Positions 38,844-48,314 of a stretch of DNA of 64,000 nucleotides are shown here, in pieces. The translations under genes were made by a program, and so were the position numbers. The stretch is from Bdellovibrio sp. (GTDB taxonomy: Bacteria > Bdellovibrionota > Bdellovibrionia > Bdellovibrionales > Bdellovibrionaceae): positions 32,001 through 96,000 of the forward strand of contig JAKFCY010000002.1 of assembly GCA_036676395.1 (NCBI GenBank). Direction: 5' to 3'. Each line of letters starts with the position of its first letter. Positions within the stretch are counted from its first letter, which is position 1. A model generated the notes under the pieces. That model was not told the origin of the DNA. It saw nothing but the letters and a program-made list of their open reading frames with translations, and did not search any database.

Positions 38844-40010
38844 CTAGCGTGGAGTTTTGAAAGCACTTTCGTCGCTGATCGCATTTTGGCCACCAGGGGT
38901 TGTCGATAAGGCTTTAACGCCATAAAGCGTATTAGGTGCTAATCCAGTGATCGTCATCGAATGCGTCTGGACTAAGGTCGCATCGACTGCGGTCGTTCCT
39001 GATACACCGGTGCCGATATTTTTATACCAGCTTTGGCTAGTTGATGGAATATTCGTGGTCCAGGTCAAGGTCGCGCGATCGCGTAAAACGTTAGAAATTG
39101 TAAAACTTATGATCGCTAGAGGTTCTTCGTCAGGCACACAAGGATTAACTTCTTGGTTAGGAAAATTGTAATTTGTATTTTCTAAAACTTTCCAATCGCG
39201 CGCGAGTAATTCATAAAAAGGAGCTTTAGCTTCAACTGGATCTTTTGTTGAATCAAAAAATAAACTATTTCCAGAGCTTCCGCAGTAGGGATCGTTAACT
39301 GCATTCGTATTGCTTACGCCATCCGGCCAAGGACGCCACATACTCACTAAAGAAATATGATATCTTGGGCCTTGATAATATTGCATGATCATCGGAATTT
39401 TTGTGTTGTGATCCAAATACACAGGCTCAGTCGCGCAAGCCATTTTAGTCGCATGTGTTCCGTCATTGTTAACGATCGTTTTATAACCACCATTGCCATC
39501 CGGAATTTTTAACAGCGCCCCATCATCCGCAAGCACGGCCAGTTGGTAATAGCCAGCAGACTGATCCGGAGCTAATTGTAATTGTGATTCTATATGCATA
39601 CCAAAGTATTCATATAGAGTATTACCATTGGTATTAGTAACTAAAGTTCCTGACTGGGTGTAAAACCCGCGATCAAACGGGCGGGTCGGAATAAACAAAC
39701 GATCTAAATAAATATTAGCTTCAGCAATGTGCGCATTGTCCATGAAATCTGCGATATTGTTATAACGGGGTTGATCATCAGATAAAAATAATAAATTACC
39801 AATTAATCCACGATCGCGCGCTTGTGGTGAATTTGTTTTAAAAGGGTCGCAGACAGTGCGTTCTGGATCAGACTGTGGAGTCGCATCAGGTTCTGAAACG
39901 ACAGTGCTGCCACTTTCTGTTCCAGTTCCAGACTCAGTTAAACATCCAGAAATAAAAAAGGTTGATAGTATGATCAATAAAATTGCTGTTAAACCGCGTA
40001 ACGTACCCAT
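38844..40010 (-). CDS. Lipoprotein with PA14-like domain and C-terminal FN3-like domain
   Basis: Lipobox ISGC; EYFG, ADDGALL, NDGTH, YYQGPRYHI; WTTN...GLAPNTLY. Confidence 0.75.
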   Translation of the reverse strand: MGTLRGLTAILLIILSTFFISGCLTESGTGTESGSTVVSEPDATPQSDPERTVCDPFKTNSPQARDRGLIGNLLFLSDDQPRYNNIADFMDNAHIAEANIYLDRLFIPTRPFDRGFYTQSGTLVTNTNGNTLYEYFGMHIESQLQLAPDQSAGYYQLAVLADDGALLKIPDGNGGYKTIVNNDGTHATKMACATEPVYLDHNTKIPMIMQYYQGPRYHISLVSMWRPWPDGVSNTNAVNDPYCGSSGNSLFFDSTKDPVEAKAPFYELLARDWKVLENTNYNFPNQEVNPCVPDEEPLAIISFTISNVLRDRATLTWTTNIPSTSQSWYKNIGTGVSGTTAVDATLVQTHSMTITGLAPNTLYGVKALSTTPGGQNAISDESAFKTPR

Positions 40011-40143
40011 GTGATAATCTTAACAAAGGTGTAGAACTTGTGTGTAAAAATGCACGTCTTTCTCAACTTGGAACAATGGGGCGTTTCAAACCTAGAAATC
40101 CAGACCTGACATTGTCTGATTTTAGCATACAATAAGATTCATC

Positions 40144-40890
40144 ATGAGAAAAGTTCTCGTCTTCCAGCATGTCGCCAATGAAATCTTAGGAACACTAAAT
40201 CCTGCTTTGAAACAGCAGGGATTAAATATTCGCTATGTTAATTTTGAACGTGATCCAAATGCGGCTCCCTCAGTCGAAAAATATAATGGCCTTATTGTTT
40301 TAGGTGGCCACATGGGAGTATATGAAGCCGACCAATACACCCATATCAAAACTGAAATAAAACTGATCGAGCAGGCGTTGAAAAAAGATATTCCAATTTT
40401 AGGAATATGTTTAGGCGCGCAAATTTTAGCGCATGTCTTAGGTTCAGAAGTTCGTAAAAGCCCAGAAAAAGAAATGGGCTGGTATGATATCGAACTGACG
40501 ACTGCGGGCGAAAACTCTCGGCTGTTATCGCATTTTAAAAAAACTGAAAAAATATTTCAAATGCATGGCGATACTTTTGATATTCCTAAATCTTGTGAGC
40601 ATTTGGCGGTATCAAAAATTTGCCCAGCGCAGGCTTTTAGTTACGGTACTAAGGTGTTTGGGTTACAATTTCATTTAGAAGTTGATGAAGCGATGATTTT
40701 GCGGTGGTTAAATAATCCGAAGAATCAGCAAGATATTTTACAATCCCAAGGAAAAGTATCAGAAGCACAAATGCGTGCTGACACAGCTGTGTATTTGCAA
40801 AATTCGTTAAATTTAAGTCAGCAGACTTTCAATAAGTTTATTGAGTTATTTGCTCTGAAAGAGCGCCCCATCATCCTTAAATCAAAATAA
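40144..40890 (+). CDS. Class I glutamine amidotransferase-like protein
   Basis: LGICLGAQ, HGDTF, LQFHLE catalytic triad. Confidence 0.9.
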   Translation: MRKVLVFQHVANEILGTLNPALKQQGLNIRYVNFERDPNAAPSVEKYNGLIVLGGHMGVYEADQYTHIKTEIKLIEQALKKDIPILGICLGAQILAHVLGSEVRKSPEKEMGWYDIELTTAGENSRLLSHFKKTEKIFQMHGDTFDIPKSCEHLAVSKICPAQAFSYGTKVFGLQFHLEVDEAMILRWLNNPKNQQDILQSQGKVSEAQMRADTAVYLQNSLNLSQQTFNKFIELFALKERPIILKSK

Positions 40891-42063
40891 TTAATGCATG
40901 TTAATAACAACTTTAATGCAATCATCTTTTTGATCGTTAAACAGTTGATAGGCTTTGGGTGTGTCTTGTAAATTTATACGATGAGTGATCACAAATGATG
41001 GATCAATTTCACCCCGAATAATTTTATTTAACAAAAGCGGCATATATTTTTGAGTGTGGGTTTGTCCCATTTTAAAAGTCAGGCCTTTTCCGAAAGCTGC
41101 ACCAAAAGGCATTTTATCTAAAACACCGCCATACACCCCAGGTATCGAAACTGTTCCACCTTTTTTACAAGCTTGAATGGCTTGGCGTAAAGCATCGGGT
41201 CTGTCAGTGGCCAATCCTACAGCCATTTTTGCACGGTCTAACGTAGCTGTGATCGAATGACCATGAGCTTCCATACCAACAGCATCAATGCATGAATCTG
41301 GCCCCCGGCCACCCGTCAGATAACTTAATTCATCAAGCACACTGTCTGTGTTTTCAAAATTAATTGTGTGAGCTTTACTTAGTTGGGCCATTTCAAGTCG
41401 TTTATCAAAATGATCAATGGCAATAACCCGCTCTGCACCTAACATGTATGCACTTCGAATAGCCATCTGAGCCACTGGGCCTGCTCCCCAAATAGCAACT
41501 GTATCACCGGGTTTAATATTGCAATTTTCTGCAGCCATATAACCCGTGGGTAAAATATCACTTAAAAATAAAACTTTTTCATCAGGAATACCGTCAGGGA
41601 TCACTAATGAATTTGTATCGACAAAGGGTACGCGTATATATTCAGCTTGTCCGCCGGCATAACCGCCATACATATGTGAATAACCAAATAAAGCAGCACC
41701 TGAATGGCCATATAATTTATCTGCAAGATATGTATTTGGATTCGTGTTGTCGCAACTTGAGTACTCTTCAATTTCGCAATGATGGCAACTGCCACAGGCA
41801 ATATCAAAAGGAATCACAATGCGATTACCTAGTTCAACTTTTTTAACTAACTTACCGATGGCGACAACTTCGCCCATGGTTTCATGACCGAGAATATCGC
41901 CTTTTTCCATTGTGGGAATCGTGCCATTATAAATATGCAAATCAGATCCACAAATGGCGGCACTGGTTACTTTAACGATGGCGTCGTGTGGATTAAGAAT
42001 TTGCGGTTCTTTAACGTTACGTAAAGCGACTTCATGTTTTCCGAACCAGCATAATGCTTTCAT
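40891..42063 (-). CDS. Zinc-dependent alcohol/formaldehyde dehydrogenase (YbdR/FDH-like MDR)
   Basis: ICGSDLH, GHETMGE, CGSCHHC, SDILPTG, GAGPV. Confidence 0.92.
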   Translation of the reverse strand: MKALCWFGKHEVALRNVKEPQILNPHDAIVKVTSAAICGSDLHIYNGTIPTMEKGDILGHETMGEVVAIGKLVKKVELGNRIVIPFDIACGSCHHCEIEEYSSCDNTNPNTYLADKLYGHSGAALFGYSHMYGGYAGGQAEYIRVPFVDTNSLVIPDGIPDEKVLFLSDILPTGYMAAENCNIKPGDTVAIWGAGPVAQMAIRSAYMLGAERVIAIDHFDKRLEMAQLSKAHTINFENTDSVLDELSYLTGGRGPDSCIDAVGMEAHGHSITATLDRAKMAVGLATDRPDALRQAIQACKKGGTVSIPGVYGGVLDKMPFGAAFGKGLTFKMGQTHTQKYMPLLLNKIIRGEIDPSFVITHRINLQDTPKAYQLFNDQKDDCIKVVINMH

Positions 42064-42071
42064 ATTAACTC

Positions 42072-42650
42072 CTAATGTTTTATTTCGGGTGCAAGGTCTT
42101 CTTCGCGACCAGATGGCTGGCCTTTGGTTGTCGGAACTTCGCCGGTTTCTAAATAAGCTTTTAAGCGGGTCAGATTTGTTAACATAATCGAGTCGGGATC
42201 TTCGCCGACTAATTGTGTAGCGATTTTTCCGATTTTTCCGGCAGGAATCGTATAAGCCATATGTAAACGAACAATTGTTCCGTATTCTTGGGGGGCTTTA
42301 GTAAACCAAATGGTTCCGGCTTGTTGCACTTCGGTTTTTCCGACAGTTTTCCAAGACAGCATTTCTGCATATTTTTCTTCGACGATTTCAGCATCCCATT
42401 CTACTATTGGTCCGTGTTCAAGCTGAACTACCCAATGAGACATCGATTCTGAATGCACGGTCAGAGAAACTAAATCTTTCATAAAATAAGGAAGATTTCC
42501 GAAATTACGAAAAAAAGTATAAATTTCAGCCGGCGATTTTTTAATCGTGATTGAACGATGAATTTTTTCTTCATCTTTTAATTTGCGCGCCATGAGTGCA
42601 TTACTATCGTATTTGGTGCGCTCTGTTTTTAGCTGATTGGTGTTCTGCAT
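42072..42650 (-). CDS. SRPBCC (cyclase/dehydrase) family protein
   Basis: [33 protein letters not shown]. Confidence 0.88.
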   Translation of the reverse strand: MQNTNQLKTERTKYDSNALMARKLKDEEKIHRSITIKKSPAEIYTFFRNFGNLPYFMKDLVSLTVHSESMSHWVVQLEHGPIVEWDAEIVEEKYAEMLSWKTVGKTEVQQAGTIWFTKAPQEYGTIVRLHMAYTIPAGKIGKIATQLVGEDPDSIMLTNLTRLKAYLETGEVPTTKGQPSGREEDLAPEIKH

Positions 42651-42660
42651 GTTTAATCCT

Positions 42661-44265
42661 TTAAATAATTGGAACGTCAGTCACTCGTGGATATTGCTTT
42701 TCGACAGGAATAAAATCGGGCTCGATAAATTCGTCGCTATCTATTTTTTTAAGATCTTGTACGGCCGGTCCCTCTAAAACTTTGCCATAACAATCAAAGC
42801 GCGATCCATGGCAAGGGCAGTCCCACGATTTTTCGACGTTATTCCACGAGACAACGCCCCCCAGATGTGGACAAGCGGCTGACATGTAGTGCGCAACACC
42901 TGATTGATTTTTATAGACGGCTACCATACTCATGCCATCACGAAATACACTGCCTTCGTTTATACGCAAGTCATCTAGATCTGGTTTTGGACTAAATGAA
43001 AGCCATTTGCCGTATTGACCAGCCACATTTAAATTTTCTCTGAAGTAATTTGGCGTTGAAAGTAAACTAATTCGCGAAGGATTATATAAATCCTCCCACG
43101 GATTTTCTCGTTGCATGATTTGATCAGTGACAATCATCGCGCCAATAGTGCTATGGGTAATCCCGTTACCGGCATCGCCGGTGATAACATACACATTGTC
43201 GCGATCAAGCGGGTTGTGGCCTAAAAAGCCAATGCCATCAACCGGTTCCATGACTTGGCCCGACCAGCGATAAACCAAATTTACAATGGTTGAAAAGCGG
43301 GCGCGCGCCCATTCTTCAAGTTTTAAAAAGCTATGTTCGGGATGATTTTCTTGTCCGGTTTTGTGATCTTCGCCGCCAATAATTAATAAATCATATTTAT
43401 CAGCTGGAATTTTTTCAAGCCGAATGTAACGATAAGGATCACTGGTATCCCAGTATAAACCTTTGGCCACGCTGTCTTTGATGACATGAAATCCGATAGC
43501 ATAAGTGCGATAGGGAGCTTGTTTGGTGTGAATCGCAAATACATCATTCACCGGAGTATTAGTTGCGACTACAAGTGATGAACAAGTAACGATGGCGCCA
43601 TTTTGAGTTTTAACAGCTGCAAAATCACGATTATGAAATTCAATAGCATGTGTGTGTGTAAAAATTCTACCACCGCCTTCAACAATCGCGTGTGCAAGGC
43701 CTGCTAAATATTTTGCGGGGTTAAATTGCAATTGGCGTGGAAACGATAAGCAATGACCGGTTTTAAAATTTGTCAGCGGTGCATTTTCTAACATTTTTGC
43801 ATAAATTAAACCAGCTCTGCGAACAGCATGATGTTCGCGCATTAGTACATCGCTTTCTGAATCATCGCCTTGAAATAAATAACCGGTAAGACGTTCTAAT
43901 TCACAGTCTATTTTTTCGCGGTTCACAATTTGCTCGATGCGATCAAGAGCGGCCGTGTGGCTTTGGGCGATTAGGCGTGTGCCTTCTTCGCTGTGATACA
44001 TTTCTAAATCAAAATAGCGTGTGCCTAAGACACTTGACCCATGCGCAGTTGTTCGACCAGATTGGCCGCTACCAATTTCAAAACTTTCAAGCACGCAAAC
44101 GGATTTTCCTTCTTTCATCAGCGAATACGCCGTTGTTAATCCGGCAAAGCCCCCCCCGACGATACAGACATCAACATTTATGTTTTCTTTGAGCAGCTCA
44201 AAGGTTGGCATCTCAACGGTGTCTAACCATACTGACAGGCTTTCGCCAGGATGTAACTGATTCAT
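42661..44265 (-). CDS. FAD-dependent oxidoreductase with C-terminal Rieske domain (YhfW-like)
   Basis: VGGGFAG, SGRTTAH, CPHLG and WDCPCHGSRF. Confidence 0.92.
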   Translation of the reverse strand: MNQLHPGESLSVWLDTVEMPTFELLKENINVDVCIVGGGFAGLTTAYSLMKEGKSVCVLESFEIGSGQSGRTTAHGSSVLGTRYFDLEMYHSEEGTRLIAQSHTAALDRIEQIVNREKIDCELERLTGYLFQGDDSESDVLMREHHAVRRAGLIYAKMLENAPLTNFKTGHCLSFPRQLQFNPAKYLAGLAHAIVEGGGRIFTHTHAIEFHNRDFAAVKTQNGAIVTCSSLVVATNTPVNDVFAIHTKQAPYRTYAIGFHVIKDSVAKGLYWDTSDPYRYIRLEKIPADKYDLLIIGGEDHKTGQENHPEHSFLKLEEWARARFSTIVNLVYRWSGQVMEPVDGIGFLGHNPLDRDNVYVITGDAGNGITHSTIGAMIVTDQIMQRENPWEDLYNPSRISLLSTPNYFRENLNVAGQYGKWLSFSPKPDLDDLRINEGSVFRDGMSMVAVYKNQSGVAHYMSAACPHLGGVVSWNNVEKSWDCPCHGSRFDCYGKVLEGPAVQDLKKIDSDEFIEPDFIPVEKQYPRVTDVPII

Positions 44266-44344
44266 AAAATTCCTTTTTTATTCAAACATTATTTTTTTAC
44301 GGCTTAGGCTAAGCTTTATCTGTAGTCTTTTTGCAAAACTTGTT

Positions 44345-44359
44345 GCAAAACTTGTTCCC
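44345..44359 (-). promoter_or_regulatory. Sigma-54-like promoter for the 44265-40891 operon
   Basis: Minus strand GGGAAC-AAGTT-TTGC; overlaps a 12-bp tandem duplication (44331-44354). Confidence 0.5.
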
Positions 44360-44393
44360 GCGCAGATAAGGCTGCCACCGGGGAATTTTGCCT

Positions 44394-44408
44394 AGGAATA
44401 TTTTTTGC
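44394..44408 (+). promoter_or_regulatory. Sigma-54-like promoter
   Basis: AGGAAT-ATTTT-TTGC, 38 bp upstream of ATG 44447. Confidence 0.5.
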
Positions 44409-44446
44409 TAAATAAGAAAGGGTTAATACTTTACGAAAGGCTTTTT

Positions 44447-44956
44447 ATGAAAAATGAATTAAAAAAATCTCCGACCGAAGATCTGCGTATCATTGGCGAG
44501 ATTATCGATAGCGCAGGCATTTGCATGTTGACCACACACAATCATGCCGGCGGGCTTTGTAGCCGGCCAATGTATACGCAAGAGCTTGATGAAAATGGCA
44601 ACATCTGGTTTTTTACGTCTTCAGGTTCGCATCTTGTTTCAGAAATTCGAAATAATCACCAGGTTCATCTTACCTACACGGCCGGAAAAGAAAAATTTGT
44701 CGCAGCCTCTGCATTGGCTCACGAGGTTTTTGATCGCGCGCGCATGATTCAATTATGGACGCCAATGATGAAAGCTTGGTTTCCGCAAGGTATCGAAACA
44801 CCAGATTTAGTTTTATTACGTTTAGAATTGCAAGATGTTGAATATTGGGATGCTCCAAGTTCGCCGGTGGTTAAAGTGGCGGGATTTTTTAAATCTATGG
44901 TCAGCAATGAACCGTACAAACCAGCCCACCACGAGAAAGTAAATTTACATCATTAG
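44447..44956 (+). CDS. General stress protein 26-like (pyridoxamine 5'-phosphate oxidase-like FMN-binding)
   Basis: CMLTT, SRPM, IWFFT, LWTP..KAWF..G...PD, EYWD. Confidence 0.88.
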   Translation: MKNELKKSPTEDLRIIGEIIDSAGICMLTTHNHAGGLCSRPMYTQELDENGNIWFFTSSGSHLVSEIRNNHQVHLTYTAGKEKFVAASALAHEVFDRARMIQLWTPMMKAWFPQGIETPDLVLLRLELQDVEYWDAPSSPVVKVAGFFKSMVSNEPYKPAHHEKVNLHH

Positions 44957-44980
44957 ATATTACTGCGGCTTCGCCACAAG

Positions 44981-45247
44981 TTATGATGTTAGGTTTTGAA
45001 TTTTTTCTTGAATAGGACGATCTATCATGAAATGCCCTTGCGTTTTGGCGCAATGGGCACTGCAGTAAAATTCGCCCTCAGCCTCAACGCCATGACCAAT
45101 GATTAAAGTATTACAGCACGAACAATGTGGAGCTAGTTTTGAAATGGCGCATTCAAAACAATCAAATACGTGCTCTTCACCATTCATTTTAACCGTAAAA
45201 GCTTTGTCATAGTTGTTGCCGCATTTTTCACAAGTTTGCATTTCCAT
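44981..45247 (-). CDS. Prokaryotic metallothionein-like Cys/His-rich protein
   Basis: CEKCGNNYDKAF, FDCFECAI, CSCC, IGHG, YCSAHCA. Confidence 0.85.
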   Translation of the reverse strand: MEMQTCEKCGNNYDKAFTVKMNGEEHVFDCFECAISKLAPHCSCCNTLIIGHGVEAEGEFYCSAHCAKTQGHFMIDRPIQEKIQNLTS

Positions 45248-45259
45248 GGTATTCCTTTT

Positions 45260-45793
45260 TTATCTAACGGTTGATTTAATGACTCCGCAGGCAATGCGTG
45301 GAGCTGATTTTTTAGTTTTATCGTCAGGTCCGGCATGCACAATGATGGCCCGGTCAGTAATGCTATAAGTACCACTGACGGCGCCGCTAATTGATAATTG
45401 TGAAACTGAAAAGCTGCCTTCAGCCGTGCCAGTTCTATTACTGCTAATTTGTGGCAGATCACCGGCGTATAAATCCGGAAAATCCAATGAGGTGCCATGA
45501 CCTTCGTGGCCAGGCAGCTTGGCATAGTGTGCACCGGCAGATTTGCCATCGACAGATGAACAATCTGGTTTTTCATGAATGTGTAAACCAAATTTTTTTT
45601 TGTTGGGTAAGTTTTTAATTTTATAAATAACGTTAAGCTTGTCTCGATCTTGAATAAAATCAATTTGTCCCGAGACTTGCGATCCATTTTTAGGTTGTAA
45701 TTCAGCAGTCAATTTTTCGTTAATAGTTGGTGCGGCGAAAGCTAAAGTCGCGCCGAAACAGGCCGCAATAAAAGAAAACGCAGATGTTTTCAT
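45260..45793 (-). CDS. sodC: Cu/Zn superoxide dismutase family, periplasmic
   Basis: Signal peptide from ATG 45793 (AGGAG RBS); GLHIHE, SAGAHY, AGDLP, IIVHAGPDD, RIACGVI. Confidence 0.85.
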   Translation of the reverse strand: MKTSAFSFIAACFGATLAFAAPTINEKLTAELQPKNGSQVSGQIDFIQDRDKLNVIYKIKNLPNKKKFGLHIHEKPDCSSVDGKSAGAHYAKLPGHEGHGTSLDFPDLYAGDLPQISSNRTGTAEGSFSVSQLSISGAVSGTYSITDRAIIVHAGPDDKTKKSAPRIACGVIKSTVR

Positions 45794-45805
45794 TGTTCTC
45801 CTGAT

Positions 45806-45846
45806 AAAATAAAAAAGACCAGATACTAGACATCTCGTATCAGGCC
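45806..45846 (-). terminator. Terminator-like hairpin in the leader of sodC
   Basis: Minus strand GGCCTGATACGAGA-TG-TCTAGTATCTGGTC then TTTTTTATTTT, just before the sodC RBS. Confidence 0.55.
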
Positions 45847-45974
45847 TTTCGCGGTTACTATGAGTATCAGTCATTGTAGTCGCGATTGTCTCTGCGAGGC
45901 ATTAATTGCATTATTTTCGACAAGCGAATTAATGAATTTCTGCCCTCCATGTCACATTGACGAAATTAGATAAT

Positions 45975-45989
45975 GCAGGGGTTGTGCCA
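45975..45989 (-). promoter_or_regulatory. Sigma-54 -24/-12 promoter
   Basis: Minus strand TGGCAC-AACCC-CTGC. Confidence 0.6.
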
Positions 45990-46024
45990 GCATCAGAAGA
46001 AATTTAAGCGAATTTCAAGTGGCT

Positions 46025-46060
46025 AAAAAAAGAAATCGCCCCGGGTGTAGGGGGCGATTT
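46025..46060 (-). terminator. Intrinsic terminator downstream of the 64-aa ORF
   Basis: AAATCGCCCC-N8-GGGGCGATTT stem followed by CTTTTTTT on the minus strand. Confidence 0.75.
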
Positions 46061-46073
46061 GATCACGCGAACT

Positions 46074-46105
46074 CAGAGATAGCTAAGTTGCCTTAGCTAT
46101 CTCTG
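46074..46105. repeat. Perfect 14-bp inverted repeat (hairpin)
   Basis: CAGAGATAGCTAAG-TTGC-CTTAGCTATCTCTG. Confidence 0.85.
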
Positions 46106-46125
46106 AAACTGCAGTGAATTAAAAT

Positions 46126-46320
46126 TTAGATGGGTGCTGGTAATCGGCGACGCTGATTGCGCTCTTTAAGCTTATTAAAAAAATTAATATCGCCAGATAA
46201 TAGTTTGCGTGTGTTCTCAACCAAAACATTGCGAACTTGCAAAGGTGATTTTTTGTTTTTCGTTTTGCGCGTAACAGCTTTTGCGCGACGTTTTAAAATA
46301 TTTTGGGCCATTTTCTTCAT
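46126..46320 (-). CDS. Small K/R-rich hypothetical protein (64 aa)
   Basis: AGGAG RBS, upstream sigma-54 element and downstream terminator. Confidence 0.65.
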   Translation of the reverse strand: MKKMAQNILKRRAKAVTRKTKNKKSPLQVRNVLVENTRKLLSGDINFFNKLKERNQRRRLPAPI

Positions 46321-46367
46321 AAGCTTTCTCCTTACTCAGTCGATGAGTTTGATAGTTTTTAAAAGGA

Positions 46368-46382
46368 GCAAACAATATGCCG
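46368..46382 (-). promoter_or_regulatory. Sigma-54 -24/-12 promoter
   Basis: Minus strand CGGCAT-ATTGT-TTGC, 48 bp upstream of ATG 46320. Confidence 0.7.
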
Positions 46383-46565
46383 CACGAGGGTTTTGTAATT
46401 CTTGTCCAGACTTCTAGCAAAAACAGTCCGTATCAAAAAATCTTAACCGAAAACAGCCTAAATAATAGGATGTTTAAATTATACGGGGAATAATTCTACT
46501 TTTTTCTTGGGGAAATTTTCTACGTATGTTACAGCTTCGCTATAAATAAGAGGGGATTTATAAGC

Positions 46566-47969
46566 ATGAAAAAAGCAAAGATCTTAATGATTGATGATGA
46601 TAAAGATATTCAAGAACTTATCTCTAGTTTTTTTAAAGTTCGTAACTACGATGTGATCTGTTACGACGACGCGCAAACAGCCTTAGAAGACATCAGCAGC
46701 GCCAAAGTTAAAGGTGACGTGATTATCACTGACTTAATGTTGCCAGGTATTTCAGGGATCGAATTCACACAGCGCCTAAAAGTTTTGGGTAGCGAAATAC
46801 CGATTATTTTAATCACGGCTAACAAAAAAGTAGAAACTGCAGTTGAAGCCATCGCTGCCGGCGCTTATGACTTCGTTGTTAAGCCATTACATTTTCCACA
46901 ATTATTAGTTTCAGTTGAAAGGGCCCTTTATTTAACACGTGTTGAAGAAGAAAACTCGACTCTTAAGTCTGTAGTGCAGTTGCAAGAAGGGCATAACAGT
47001 CTAGAGGGTATTATCGGTAAAAGTGCAGGTATCAAAAATGCGCTAGAGTTGGCTCGCCGGGTCTCGCAATCAAATGCCAATATTTTAATTACCGGCGAGA
47101 GCGGCGTTGGTAAAGAAGTCATCGCGAAAGCCATTCATAATATGGGTTCACGTAAAAAAGCTCCGTTCGTCGCAATCAATTGTTCGGCAATTCCTGAAAA
47201 TCTTTTAGAGTCAGAGCTATTCGGACATTCTAAAGGGGCCTTCACCGGAGCGATCGATAAAAAAATGGGTTTATTTGAAGAAGCCGATGGCGGAACTTTA
47301 TTCTTAGACGAGATCGGTGATTTAACGTTGCCATTACAGGCAAAAATTCTACGTGTTTTACAAGAAAAGAAAATTAAACGTATTGGTGAAAATCAATACC
47401 GCAACGTGAATGTTCGTATTTTGTCAGCAACCCATAAGAACTTACGCCAAGAGATTATTGATCGTAATTTTCGCGAAGATTTATTTTTTCGATTAAATGT
47501 GATTCCGATTTGGATTCCGCCTTTACGAGAACGTAAAGAAGATATCTTGCCACTTTCAGAATTTTTCTTACGTAAATATTCAGCGTTAAATAACACCAAG
47601 ATCAAGCAGTTCAGCAAAGAGGCCCATGACTATTTGGCTACGAATGCTTGGCCGGGTAACGTGCGTGAACTTGAAAACACGATTGAGCGGGCGATTGTTC
47701 TTTCTAATTCGGCCTTAATTCGCTTAGAAGACGTGTGTTCTGCTGAAAACCGCAGTTCTGGCGAAAATAAAGAAGAGGCTGGTTTACGCTTTCCTGCCTT
47801 TGGTAATGCCAAGGTGCTAACTGTTGAGCAGTTAGTTAATAAGTACGTGCAGCATGTGTTAGATCTAAATAACGGCGCTAAAGAAAAGACCGCACGTGAT
47901 CTGCAGATCGACCGTAAAACGCTCTACAGACGCCTACGCGAGATCGATAACCATCAGCTAGAGCACTAG
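46566..47969 (+). CDS. Sigma-54-dependent response regulator (NtrC/AtoC family enhancer-binding protein)
   Basis: REC domain, GESGVGKE, ESELFGH.KGAFTGA, LFLDEIG, FREDLFFRL, WPGNVREL, C-terminal Fis-type HTH. Confidence 0.96.
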   Translation: MKKAKILMIDDDKDIQELISSFFKVRNYDVICYDDAQTALEDISSAKVKGDVIITDLMLPGISGIEFTQRLKVLGSEIPIILITANKKVETAVEAIAAGAYDFVVKPLHFPQLLVSVERALYLTRVEEENSTLKSVVQLQEGHNSLEGIIGKSAGIKNALELARRVSQSNANILITGESGVGKEVIAKAIHNMGSRKKAPFVAINCSAIPENLLESELFGHSKGAFTGAIDKKMGLFEEADGGTLFLDEIGDLTLPLQAKILRVLQEKKIKRIGENQYRNVNVRILSATHKNLRQEIIDRNFREDLFFRLNVIPIWIPPLRERKEDILPLSEFFLRKYSALNNTKIKQFSKEAHDYLATNAWPGNVRELENTIERAIVLSNSALIRLEDVCSAENRSSGENKEEAGLRFPAFGNAKVLTVEQLVNKYVQHVLDLNNGAKEKTARDLQIDRKTLYRRLREIDNHQLEH

Positions 47970-47980
47970 GGTGGTTGCAT

Positions 47981-48019
47981 AAAAAAGCCTTCTACAGTTT
48001 GGTAGAAGGCTTTTTTTTT
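47981..48019. terminator. Bidirectional intrinsic terminator
   Basis: AAAAAAGCCTTCTAC-loop-GTAGAAGGCTTTTTTTTT between convergent genes. Confidence 0.85.
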
Positions 48020-48035
48020 ACAAAAAATTATAAAA

Positions 48036-48314
48036 TTAAACGTGGGCGTTTTGAATGGCTGTAGAAAATTTTTCGACCAGCTCTTTTAATTGCGTTAGGT
48101 CTTTGGCTTTTGCCGCTTGTTCCATAGCCACGGCTACACCTGTCAGTTCATCAAAGCCAAAAGTGACTGCATTACCCTTAATTTGATGACCAATGCGCTC
48201 TAAAAAACCAAAATCCTGCTTAGATACGGCTTCCTGACAAGCTGTTATATCTTGTTTGCGGCGATCTAAATATTTTTGGCGAGCCTCAATGGGAACTTGC
48301 ATGGTATCTATCAT
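48036..48314 (-). CDS. Hpt (histidine phosphotransfer) domain protein
   Basis: GHQIKGNAVTFGF. Confidence 0.88.
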   Translation of the reverse strand: MIDTMQVPIEARQKYLDRRKQDITACQEAVSKQDFGFLERIGHQIKGNAVTFGFDELTGVAVAMEQAAKAKDLTQLKELVEKFSTAIQNAHV

